Of a DNA stretch of 64,000 bases, positions 35,393-47,606 are shown piece by piece. The number at the start of each line of letters is the position of its first letter. Within the stretch, counting starts at the first letter, position 1. The notes under the pieces were generated by a model, which saw only the letters and a list, made by a program, of their open reading frames with translations, had not been told where the DNA came from and searched no databases. Position numbers and translations under genes: made by a program. Source of the DNA: Paraspadella gotoi (Eukaryota > Animalia > Chaetognatha); assembly GCA_051294375.1 (NCBI GenBank), contig CM119264.1:17310278-17374277 (forward strand), written 5' to 3'.

Positions 35393-38300
35393 GAGAGCAG
35401 AGAGAGAAAGTCGGGGGTGGTGTTGATAGGAGGAAAATCGATTAACCTTTAAAAGTCGGGAAACGGCAAATGTTTACAATATTTACAAATAAAAACATCG
35501 TCTTCACGGCTCAATTTTCTGATTTATGAATTAAAGAAACATATTACATAAATTATAGATTTAAATGTTTTCCTCGTGGTGAAATCATCGATTTGAAAAA
35601 AAAAAAAAACTCGTGGGAAAGGTTACTTTTGAATCTTCTAACCTCTAAGCTGTGAGAGATGATGAACACTGAACAATTTTTTTTGGAACGCCTAGCGGAA
35701 GATGACAGCGTTTCAAAACAAGCGACGGGAAAAGATAGATTTCTTTAGCGACTTATGGAAAGGAGGAGGAAAAAAATACGTTTTAAGAAAATTGTAGGGG
35801 ATGGTTAGAAACATCGAGCTGATCGTGTGAAAAGACTAGTTACGGGAGAGGGTAAAAGAGGAGGAGAAAAAAAGGGGCGCGTCGTGAGAAGTGAAAAGCC
35901 TCGGGCGTGGAAGGAAATAAATTCCTATCGAAGAAGTGAAGAGTCTCAGTTTGTGAAAACTCTTCGACACGAAAGACTCGGGTGAAGAATGATGATTGAG
36001 ACAAATAAAAAAAAAAAGAGCAAAGCGAAGCGAAGAGGAAAACGAGAGAAGAATGACGGGACGAAAAAGAGGAAAATATACATCTTTTTTATAAAAAAAA
36101 AAAAGATGAAAAAAATAGAAAAGCGAAAATTTGATAGGCGCAAATCCCAGATCGGAAAGGAGGGGAAAAAATGTTGAGAAAATGTGAAGGAGGAGGATTG
36201 AGAGAATGGAGGGAGGGAAAAAGGAAGGAGGTGGGGGAGAAATAAAAAAGGAGACAGTGTAGCTAGCGTGAAAAAGCTGATTGTACATGTGGATGAGAAA
36301 AAACATTATGGTAGGATTTTTTTAAATTTGATTCGAAGTCAATTTAATGTGATACCAAAAAACATCATGCTAAATATTGTTATGGCTTTGGTATTGCATT
36401 GAATTCATTTTATGATGCTTTTATATATTTTCAATTAACCTTATGTTAATGATAATGATAATGATAGTCTTAAATTAAATAGCATTCTTTAATCTTTTAT
36501 TTGTTTTAAATTAAACCTCTCATTTTTTTAGCTTTCGAAAGTAATGATATATACAAATGGGCGAAGTAAAAAGCACTAATGAAACATGAAACGAAGCAAA
36601 GAAAAGCAGTTAAAGCAGCATTGAAGGGAAATAGAAAAGAGTAAACCTTCGTCGTTGTCGAAGGCCGAAAGGTGAGAGATGAAAAGAACTAGAAAACGAA
36701 TGAGCAGAAGAAATGAAGGAATGGTGTGATCAGTGAATCATTGACTGGAAAAAACTCTTGTTCTCCCCTCTGTCTCTGCTCCCTGGCCATTTAAAAAAAA
36801 AATTTGAGGAGAGAGACACAGAGACCGATCGAGAGGGTGTAAAAGGAAGAGTGAAAGAGTGAGAGAGGGAGATGTGAATAAAATTTTGGCGTTTGAATAA
36901 TTCATTAATTTCCGCCGTCGAATCGCGAAATTCAAACTCATCCCTCGTCGGGGCTTTTTAGGTCGTCAAAACCGGAAGCGAGCGGATGGGGAGCGGGGCG
37001 CCGTTCAAAGGGGGCGTCGTTCAATGGGGCGTCGTTCAAAGGGGGCGTCGTTCAAATTTGGATTGGCAAGTTGGGAATTGGGGACTGGTATGGGGAGACT
37101 GGAGAAGTTGGATTGGGAAGCAGCTAGAACAGGGAAAGTGGATTTAAGACTTGTTCTAGTGGGGCCGATTCAAGAGAATGTTAAAAAAAACCGCAAAGAA
37201 GGTGTGGAAAAATCGTTAATGTGGTTGGAAAGGAGAAAGGGAGACGGTGAAGGGGGGAAGATATGAGAATAGAAATAGGAAAACGGGAAGGGTGTGATTG
37301 AGAAGGAAAATAGGAGAAGAGACGAATAGGGAAGTAATTAAATGAATAAATTGAGCAATATAAGCCACATTATACTCGGTCAAAAAAGGAAACAAAATCC
37401 TAACAAAAATCCCAATGAAAACTCAGTCAATTATCGTTTATTATTTCAGTGACTTAAATTAAAATCCATCTTTTTAAATTGCCAAATCAATTTTTGCTTG
37501 ATGATTGGGTGACGGAGGAAAACATCCAAGAGGAAGGGAGGAAAGTGAGGAAGGAAGAAGGAAGAAGAAACGATGAAAGGAAGAGTTGGTGAAATAGAAA
37601 TTATAGTCGGGGCGTGAGGAAATAAATTGAGGAGGATCGAAGTGAGTTGAAAATTAAATTAAGGATTTTGAGGGGCGTGGAAATTGAGGTTGGGAATGTG
37701 GTGCAGATCTCGAAGCAGCGGGGAGTCAAAGCGGTAAGAGAGGATGAGGTGAGGGCGATGGTTACTGGGTAAGGTTTAGATCGGGTATGAGAGGAGAGGT
37801 GGGAAATTTATACGGAAGATGAAATTTCTTTGCCATATTGTGAATAAAAACTCGACGTAGACTTTTCCTGTGCTGCTCAGCCTCATTTCAATTACTGAAT
37901 ACGCTAAGACACCTCTACTTAATTATCCGCACTTTCCGCGTTGCCCCAAACGTATGCCGACTCTGGGTAAACGAGACGGGACCGCTTCATACAGAAGTCG
38001 GTCATTGAGGCTCCTAAGCTTAAGATGCATCGAAAGCAGAACTGTAAACTTGGTAAAATATTTCTACACGCAATGGATAAATTCAAAAGGAAAAAAAAAA
38101 GGAAATAAAAGAAAGAACAAAGAGAGCGAGTGAGGAAGAAAATGTGAAACATAGAATCTGTTTTTCACTCTGATTTGTTAAAAAGCTTTTCTATGTTAGA
38201 ATTTATGAGTGCAAAGAGAGAACGGGGATTGAGAGAGAGCAAAGCTAAGGAAAAACAAAAACAAACCAAAGATTCTGGTTTTTCTTCGAAGAGATCAAAC

Positions 38301-41300
38301 GGTTTGACAAGCTTTTTGGCGCTTAGAGAGAAATCCATCTGCACGCCGGGAAAGAAAAAAAAACTGAATCTATGCTAAGAGTGGAAGCGGATGAGTGAGT
38401 GAGAGAAAGAGAGATGAGGAGGAGAGAGAAGGAGAGAAGAGAGAGAGAGGAGAAGAAAGGAGAGAGACGAAGAGAGAGGAGAGCAGAGATCGGCAGAGGA
38501 GGAAAGAAACGGAAGAAGCGTCTGGGGGGAGAGAGGTGCGGGCTGGGGCCTGCCGGGAGGAAAGAGAGACTATCTGAGGAAAGACCGTGAGGAGTGACGA
38601 CGAGACGAGAGCAGATCGAGAACTGCCCCCACTTACTTCCCTGTGGGCAAAAGGAGTTGCCGAAAAAAAATGAACGGAGAGATATTCGTATCCGCAAGAC
38701 ATTGGAACCGACGCGCGGCTCCAGAATTTGTGGGAAACCTTGAAGAGAAAAAGGGAAAATTATGCGGTGAGGGAAAAGCGGGACACGGAGGCGGGAGGGG
38801 GGGGGGAGAATCATGGTCGTATACAAATCTCACTTTTTTTGGGCATTCTCCATATTTTCGGTGTCAAGCCCGATGAACATAGGGGTTTTACTGTTTTATT
38901 GTTTGGTCTTATTTGGTCATAAGGTATATTCTTTAACACCACAAGTAGCAGAAGGTTTTATCGTTAGTCTTCAGGAAGAATATTTTTCTTGATATTTTTT
39001 TAACAAAAAACCGTGACCTATCACCGATCAATAAATTTGGTTTTATTTCCGTCTATTTTAGTCCCGTCAGCTCGTAACGATTTCAAAACGAAAATGGAAA
39101 GAAAAGAGGGAGAGGGAGAGAGAAAGAGAGAGAGGAGGATGGATCCTGAGCCCGAAGCGACTATTAAGGCAGGAGCCGATCTTAATTTTTGGACGGCGGA
39201 GTCGGCATCCATTTTGAATTTTAGTTATTAAATTTTGATATGAATAAAACCGCCCTTAGCTGTTAAAATTATCCATCGAAGACTTTTTAGCGTGATATTT
39301 TCTATGCCTACAAATGAGTTAGTAATGTAAAAAATAGCGGTTTGTAAGAATTTATTATTTTTATCTGGTTGTATAACCTAAATATAACTTATATTACCTA
39401 TATCAGTAGTTGTGACTGTTGTGACGGACGCACTATCTACTAGTATCTAGTATATCTGTAACAGTTTGCCAGTTTGCCAGTTTGACGTCTCGTATCGCAT
39501 GTGATATTTATGAAAATCACCATGAAGAATAGGATATTTGAGGTAAGAGTCAATAGTAAGCTCTCGAGGTCTATTAAACAAGTTATTTCGTTGTTTTGCC
39601 AAGGACTCCTTGATCTATTGCCTACCCACCGGCGACGTTTCCGCCGTCTCAACACCACCCCTGCCGCCGCCGCCGCCGCCGCCGACCCGACGCCGCCGCA
39701 TTCTTAAAACGATGACCTCTTGTTTACGGTTGCCTTTTCTCTCAGATTCCAAGTCGTAAAAACAAAACAAAGTCGATGCTGAGGAAAAAAAAAGGGTGAA
39801 ACGAGCCAAATGTTGTCGTACGCCTGATTTATTGCGCCGCGAGTGTTTTCGAACGAAACTACATCATTTTATTGTCGTGGGTTTTCGTCCCTAAATTCCG
39901 ATGGAAACTCGTATTTCAATGCAGCATTTGGATTTTTGAACGACATGTGTTTCGAACCTCAGCTGACCCAATAAACTTATTTGTCTGTAGACGTTGAAGA
40001 TTTCGCTCTCTCTCTCTATTCTATATAATGATCAGTGAGTATTGATTTTGTTCATCATCACGTTGTACTGTATGTGAATATCGTATATATTTCAAAAAAA
40101 ATTATACAGTGAATTTTTCTTGACAAAATCTATTACCAGATATAAAAGTGAAAGTAAAGAAAAAACGGTTAATATAAAATAAGAGGAAGCACGAAGTGTG
40201 CAAATGAAAGTCGCTGATGAAACGGAGAAAGAACCAGAACTGAGCGAGGCCTAAGGAAAAAAATATAAAGGATAAGGAAATGGCATAAAATACGCGGCCA
40301 ACATGAGAACGAACAAGAGTCAATCGATAATAAAAAAAAAAGCCATGTTGCCAATGAAAAACTAAGCGCAATAAATTTTTTTTAATGATGCAAAACCATG
40401 ATGTCTGACCAAGACGCAGACAAAGATACATGAAGACGACGACAACGACGACGACAAACGACGACATCGACGACGACATCGACGGCACCTGACAAAGACC
40501 AACTTTTTTTCACCAACGACAGAAGAAGAAAACCTGGAACGGAACCCGAAAACCAGAGACTAATGGAACCGGCGATAGGGGAGTTTTCTCCTTTTTTTTT
40601 TCTGAAAGAAATGTGGGATGAGGAAAGGAAAGAAAGAAAAAAGAAATCGAGGAAACGCGTTAAAGACACTCAAATTGGTCAGATGATTTTTAAAAGGGAT
40701 TCGTATAAGATTAGTGCTTTCTTGAAACACTAAAAAAATCTAAAAAGCGGAAAAGTGAGAGCATTTCTCAAATTTATCTGCCTCTATAATGTGAGAATAG
40801 GTTACGACGATCTTTTAGTAGACCATAAATCATCAATGTGAGATTTATGTCGGATTCATAAAAAAATAAATCAAATATTTTTATAATAAAAAAAAATTTG
40901 TTCTCGTTAGATACATTGTTCACCCACTTCGTCCACCTTTCGGAGACTCGTATGGTTTTCTCCGTCTGTCTTTCTAACAGAAATACTTAGGTAAAGAAAA
41001 AAAAGTTTTGCAAACGGAAGGGGTTAAAACCGTCGAATGGAAAAGGGAGGCGAGTGGCTCCAGCTGCGGCAAAGATAGCGGCGGTGTCGGCGGGCGGTGT
41101 CGGCGGTCGCGGCGGCGGCGACGACGACAACGACGACGACAACGACGACGCCGGCTCCGGCGGCCAGTAAACCTCAATCCGAGTAAAAAAATTCCTCTAG
41201 GAAATCTCCAGGAAGAAGAGGGAAAGGCACTTTCGTCGCCGCTCCGCCCTAATTGCGCTTTTGAGAGACATTTAGTGTTAATTAAAGGGTTTTTGAGAGG

Positions 41301-42997
41301 AAAAGGGTCGGACGAAGGGGGGAAACCCGTGACAGGGGTGCCAAGGCTTCGAGAAAAGTGTTTCGGAGACTCTGAAGATAGTTTCGAGAGAGGAAAGGAA
41401 AGATGGATGGAGGTTGGTGGCGGAAAAAAATGAAATTTTGGATACAGATGGTGTCAGTTTTATTTAAATTAAAAGACAAATACATTAGGAGTAAATGGAC
41501 TTGAGTTTATTTTTTACTATGAACCATATTGAATACACTCGTTTGATTGAAATTAGTATTTTTAAGGGAGTTGGATTTTAAGCTTAATAGAACGAGCTAA
41601 GCCTCCCCAATACCTCGTCCACTTACGCGGCATCTCAGATTGGAACCGAAGTGAGAGTAGTGAACTTTGAAGGCGAATCTGCTGCTGAGAATCGAAGTGT
41701 TGGGGTCGAGAAACGCGTCCAGGGGCTGAGGGGGTCGGGAACGGGGTCCTTGCGGGTTGCTGGGCTGCTCCATCTTGTCGGTGGGTGGGGGCGAAGGAAA
41801 CGAAAAGGGGCAATCATTATTGATAAATGAAAATGAAATGAAAAGGCTTGTTTTTTTTTACTCTTTCCTTCTTCATCGTTTTCACACTTTTTCTCATTTT
41901 GTCCTGAGAATGTGTTTAACCCTGATATCGTTTTAAAGTTTGTTAATTCCAGAATCATCGTTCATTTTGTTAAAAACGATTTTATATCGAAAGGCATCGT
42001 TATTCCATAATTTTCCGGGGATCGACTTTAATCATTTATTCCAACTTTCAACGAGAAATAAAATTGTTTGTAGTAATCAACTTTGAAAAACCATTTGAGC
42101 GTCAATTCCGCCGAAATCTTCACTTTCGATTTAATTAAAAATTGGCTCACGGGTTTTTAGGATTTTACCTTCAGGTCCGGAATCTGTTTGTAGTAGATTT
42201 TATAAAAATCATTTCGCCGAAGAACCCAACCTACGAGTTATTCTTTTTCAGCTTTTGCTATTTTTTTTTTTGGTTAAAAAACTGCGAAACTCGTCACGTG
42301 ATTCGCCTCGCGTGATCTCCCGCGCGAATTAAATCTCGTGACGGTGATCCTTTCAAATGAATAATGAACTTTTGAGCCTTCGACTCTTCGACTCGACCTC
42401 CTCTACGACGCGACGCCTTTTCTCCCGTACCTTACCTTTTATCCTCACCCGTCTCCCTCAGCTATTTCGCTTCTTTCTTCTCTTTTCTTCTGGACACATT
42501 TTATTTCTTTTTTTTTCAGTCTTTGAGGTTGTTGCAAATTGAAAACAGTAAAATGTACATATTCTCCCTACAACGATTTTCCCAGCTTTTCGTAATCGTT
42601 TTTTTAATTATTAAAAGAAGATTATTTTTTATCAAAGTAATCTTTCGTTTTTTTTTAGCCTATCTCTCAGAATAATTTTCATTTATCCAACTGAGTTCAT
42701 ATGACTTTTAATCCTCTCTGATCCCCCTCCTCTTCCTCTCTCGCCCACTTCTCGCGCTCATATTTCAGCATTTCTGAAAATTCCGTCTCGCGAAATTTCA
42801 AAGAAAGAAAAAAAAATCCGAGTTGCTCTTTCTTTTTCGACCTTGAATTGTGAAAGTCAACAATTAAATCAAAATTTGAATTCAAGGTTTTTCTTCTTTA
42901 GAGAAGGATATTGGACTTAATATGTATGTTTGACATCGTATTTGTTTGTGCTTGCACTGTGTGGTACAACTACTCTGTTAAGAGTAATTGCACTTTG

Positions 42998-43037
<40 letters not shown>

Positions 43038-43058
43038 CCTCTCTCTCCTTTCTCTCCT

Positions 43059-43127
<69 letters not shown>

Positions 43128-44891
43128 TTTCCCTTCCTCCCTCTCTCTCCCCAGCCACCTGCTTGGAGTGGACAGTCTCGTTGTCGCGCACCCAAACCAT
43201 TTCCGGTGATGGAGACCCCGCGAACTCCACGCGGCAATTCAGTTGAACGTTCATGTCTAGGGTGAGGGATTGGAAAGGGATTGGGAAGGAAGCAAGGAAG
43301 GGAAGGAATGTCAGGAGAGTGTGAGGTACGGAGTTACGGAGAGAGGGAGGAAGAAAAGGAAAGAGATGGAAGGAAAGGAGGAAGGATACTTGAGAAAGAA
43401 AGGAAGGAAGAATGAAAGTAGAGAGGGGAGGAAGGGAGTAAGAGTGAAAGAAAAAGGTGAGAGAAGGAGAAAAAAAAAGCATTAGGAATTTGCGACAGAT
43501 GAAACAGGGAGGGCAGCGAAGGAGGAAAGGAATAAAAGACTGCAAGATTGATGAAGGAAAGGAACGAGTTTCGAATGTGAAGGAGGTCATAAAGAATTGA
43601 GTCGTTTTGAGGACAAAAGGGTGGAAAAAAAAACTTGAAATCTGAAAAGAAAAAAAAAGAAAGAAAAGATTTAGGAAATGCGCTCGACTGAGGATTATTA
43701 AAAATTATTATTTCGGGCTTTTTAATAAAAATCTTTGTTAAAATTACGTTCGTAAAATACATATAGGAAGGCGTGAAAGTATCTAGCTTGATAAGTGTAA
43801 TCGAACCGTCCCCGACTCGTTTGTCGACAAAGAACTCAACACCTAATTAAAGTCGAAAAAATATGGCGAGAATTTTGGCAGGTGGTTTACTGGTCAGTAC
43901 GGAAGTGTTAGTTTCGCAAAGAGTCAGTGAATGAGGAGAAGTGAAATCTCCTAATGGAAACAAGTCAGTTGGATAAACGGAGGAAGATTTTCACAATTTT
44001 TCACGAATTCATGTATTCACTTGATAAAAAAAGATAGCAGACGAGTTAGTGAATGGAGAAAAGCAGATGTAATGCAAGTATAATTTATACTATAAAAGGG
44101 AAAAAGAAATAAAAAAGAAAACAAGAAAAAAGAAAAAAAAAGAAAAAAAAGAAAACCAGAAAAAAAAAGAATGAAACTAGAAAAATAAGAATGAAACAAA
44201 AATAGGAAAAACTGGAAACTGGAAAGTAAGTTTTTCGCTTGACATGAAACAAATTTTTAAATTCTCTATTTATATTTGGAAGAATAAGCAATTAAAATAG
44301 TAATAGACTGAGAGATGCTGAATATGATTTTAGAGATACGTTTAACAAGTGAAGAGAGAGTGTCTGATTAAAACTAATCAAGAGGTTCCTTCAAAGATGA
44401 AGCGCAAGTGTCCCGCGAGATTCATAACTTTCATAAATTCCCTTTCTTTTTTTCATCTCTCTCTCTCTCTCTCTCTCCCTCTCTCTCGTCAGATCTCCCT
44501 CGGACTATTTTTTGTAATGAAATAATTTTTTTCAACATTTCTTCAACTAGTAATAAATTCTTTGATCGTATTTTTTTTATTAGTACCGATGGGAGGCGGC
44601 CTCTTTATCTTTAATTCCTTTAAATTATTTAAAGCTACCTTCAAAATGTTCGCCCGACTTATTATTTAGCTTATTTTTTACTGTTTTTCTTGTTTGCAAA
44701 ATATTTCTGTCGCAGCTTTTGGAAGAAGAAAAAAAAAACCCGAGAAAAAAAATATGACTTTAAACACTCGGACTCCCACTACCGCCTCCTGCTCGCTTTG
44801 TTCTGCTCAAATTAAACTTTTCTCTCCAGTTTCAAAGTTTTTTCGTGTTTTGATTTTTAATTATCTCAAGGCAAAGAGAGAACGGGGAAGC

Positions 44892-44950
<59 letters not shown>

Positions 44951-46268
44951 GAGCACGAGCGGGTATGGGAGGGAGAGAAAAGTCTGGAAAATGAAAACAA
45001 ATGGAAGCCGTGATTAATCTCCATCGATAAAAAAAAAAGGAGAAATAAAAACAAAGCTCCGAATGAAAACTGGGAAGAAACCACGAGGAGAGATTCTTTT
45101 TTACTAACTTCGCTCTAACGAGTTCGTTGTTTATATTCATCTCTTTTTTTTTGTGCGACCTCACATTTCTTTTTTCTAGGAAATACAGAGTTTTTCTCTT
45201 TTTCCTTTACTTTCTTTCTCTTTCTCTTGTTTTTTCTTTCTATCTCTCATTCTTTTTTTCTTTCTCTTATTCTTTCTTTCTATCTTTCATTCTTTTTCTC
45301 TTTCTCTTATTCTTTCTTTCAATCTCTCATGCTTTTTCTCTTTCCCTTATTCTGTCTTTCTCTCTCTCATTCTTTTTCTTTTTCTCTTATTCTTTCTATC
45401 TATCTCTCATTCTTTTTCTCTCACTCTATATCTCTTTCTCTTATTCTTTCTTTCTATCTCTCATTCCTTTTCTCTTTCTCTTTTTCTCTCTTTCTATCTC
45501 TCATTCTTTTTCTATTTTTAACGCTCTTTTCGGTTATATTTTCACCTTTCCCCCCCCCTCCGCTCGCAGCCCGCGAATTTTCTCCCAACGGACTTGCCAC
45601 AACCATCTTTTCTCGTCATTAGGTTTTCCCTGCATCGCAAATGAGGTTCCTTCTTTTTATTTAATTTTTTTTCTCGCCATTTTCCTTTTGTATTTTATTC
45701 CTTTTTTTTCGCCCTTCCCATTTCCTTGTAAACCAGCTCTGACTCTGCCAGAATTTTGTTGTCTTTTATATTATTTCTTTCATCTTAATTTTTTTAGGGA
45801 TTTTTTTTCTTTTTACGCGTTGAAGTTCTTTCAAACTGGGGCAAGTTCTAAAGACGACTGGGACGATGAAGAAAAAACTCATTTAAAATTTTCTTACGTT
45901 TCTTTTCACCCTAGGCTTTTCCTCTCCTCTCTCTCTCCTCTCTGTCTCTGTCTCTGTCTTTCTCTCTCTCTCTCTCTCTCGTTCTCTCTCCGTCCGACGG
46001 TCTCAGCTTCTCTTCTCCTCTCTCTCGGTCCTCCATCGTCGTCAATCATCTCTCGTCTATCATCTCTTCGTCTCTCTCTCTCTCTCTCTTCTTTTTCAAA
46101 TTCAATTTTCTTTTGCACCGAGTATGATTCTATATAAGTTTTCTGGTTATTTACTTTAATAATTCCAGAACATAACTGAAATGGAGTCTCGAAATTTAAT
46201 TATGGTCGTTTCATTGCCTTTGTGCACCTAAATTTTTTACCAGGTTTTCTTTCATTTTCTTTCTTTCT

Positions 46269-46327
<59 letters not shown>

Positions 46328-47375
46328 ATCTTTGCTTTCTTTCTTTCTTTCTTTTTTTCTTTCACCGAGTATTTTCTCTTTTCAAACCGAACACGAAGTT
46401 CCTTTTATCTTTCATTGTTCTACTTTTCCTTTTTTTTTCTTTCCTTCTCGTTCCCCATTGTCGCGTTTTTCTCACCTTCTTTCAAATGACCCAAATGAGT
46501 TGGCAGGCAGTGAGGCACCCCGATTACGATCAGCGCCGCCTGAAAGAGAAAGCGGGAAAGGGGAGAAGGGGTAAAAGGTTGGAGGGCGGGGGTGAAGAGA
46601 GTGGGTTGAGGGGCGTGGAGAAGAAAAAAAAATCTCAGTAGGATTTCTTTTTTCAAAAAAATCAATTAAAAAGGCGAGACGAGAAAAGGGAGAGTTTTTT
46701 ATCCTTTTATGCTTTCGGTTTTTTTTTTCCATCCCCTCATTTTATTTCTTCACACAATCTTCATTTGCTTCGTAATTCAAAAAAGAAGAAAAAAAGAAAA
46801 GTTCATTAGGGAGAAAGGAAAATCCTCTCGTCTCGATTTCGGTAGTGTTGTATTATCGTCTATGTTGTTGTCGTCGTCGTTCTCGTTAACTTTTTCGTCT
46901 TTGTCATCGAAGTATTCGCTGTCGTCGTCGTCGTCGTCGTCGTCCCTGTAATCGTCCACTTTATGTGAGTCGTAACCCGCACCCTTTCATTTCGTTTTTT
47001 TTTTGTTTCACCCGACAAAAAGAGACGGAAATTGAGCCTGCAGTTTTGTTAATTTAGTAACTTAATTAGTAACAATGTTTGTTAAAAATAAGTGGACGTT
47101 TGTTTTTTTTTTTAAATTTTCTTTCTTATCCGCTGTCTCACACATCAGTCTACTTAAAAATTATTTTGTTTGTCCATAAGTTGTCTATTCTCTTCTGCGC
47201 TTTTTTAACGAAACTCAATAGATTGAATGTACAACATAAAAGCTCCCGATAAGGCAGTAATTGATGTTAATGGGCGACCTGCAAAAGGTTGGAGCATTTG
47301 TAGATCCCAGCGTCAGTCAGTTGCGCCTCGTGAATCGTCAGCGAATATTTGATGATAATTCGCTCCGTCGTCGGC
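24927..47375 (-). CDS. Multi-exon Ig-superfamily single-pass membrane protein (several Ig domains, FN3-like segment, TM, Cys8 run, cytoplasmic tail); 5' end and some internal exons unresolved
   Basis: Phase-consistent exons: 47375-47279 (LTIHEAQLTDAGIYKC), 46539-46476, 43256-43159 (VQLNCRVEFAGSPSPEMVWVRD), 41773-41627 (HFGSNLRCR), 38738-38637 (VSHKFW...LSVHF). Less certain exons near 33300-33345 (DIHGQKFDC), 33000-33135, 30900-31035, 30405-30525 (WRLGGLSSATQY), 30055-30197, 29775-29947 and 26593-26720. Then 26217-25969 (TM VAIVCGIMLVAALLSLLITVV plus CCCCCCCC), 25734-25528 and 25011-24927 (stop). Confidence 0.65.
31407..33467. repeat. About 1-kb direct duplication flanking an N-gap (probable unmerged contig overlap)
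   Basis: 31407-32413 is repeated at 32439-33467; the copies abut the gap 32414-32438 and differ mainly by 1-3 nt indels. Confidence 0.9.
36995..37056. repeat. Four tandem copies of a 15-16 bp GC-rich unit
   Basis: GGGGCG(T/C)CGTTCAA(A/T) x4. Confidence 0.9.
45190..45520. repeat. Pyrimidine-rich minisatellite
   Basis: Degenerate units of about 20 bp (TCTTTCTTTCTATCTCTCAT / TCTTTTTCTCTTTCTCTTAT); source of the 336-aa F/S/L pseudo-ORF. Confidence 0.8.
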
Positions 47376-47523
47376 CTGAAGAAAAGAGGGGGAAAGAGAG
47401 GTAGGAATTAGAGAAGAAGTAAAGAGAGAAAAGAGAAGGAAGATTATCATAAGAATATCATATAAGAATATCATAAAAATATCATAATTTAAATGTTTTT
47501 TGTCATTTATTTATCTTCTCCTC

Positions 47524-47606
<83 letters not shown>

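Noticed and set aside
36995-37056. CRISPR-like or iteron-like repeat
   Set aside because: No spacers, eukaryotic context, no cas genes; a simple tandem repeat. The same applies to 52135-52276.
45127-46137. 336-aa ORF and the many SLSL/ERER/FFFL ORFs in the track
   Set aside because: They are translations of microsatellite and pyrimidine minisatellite tracts that lack stop codons; no domain signal.
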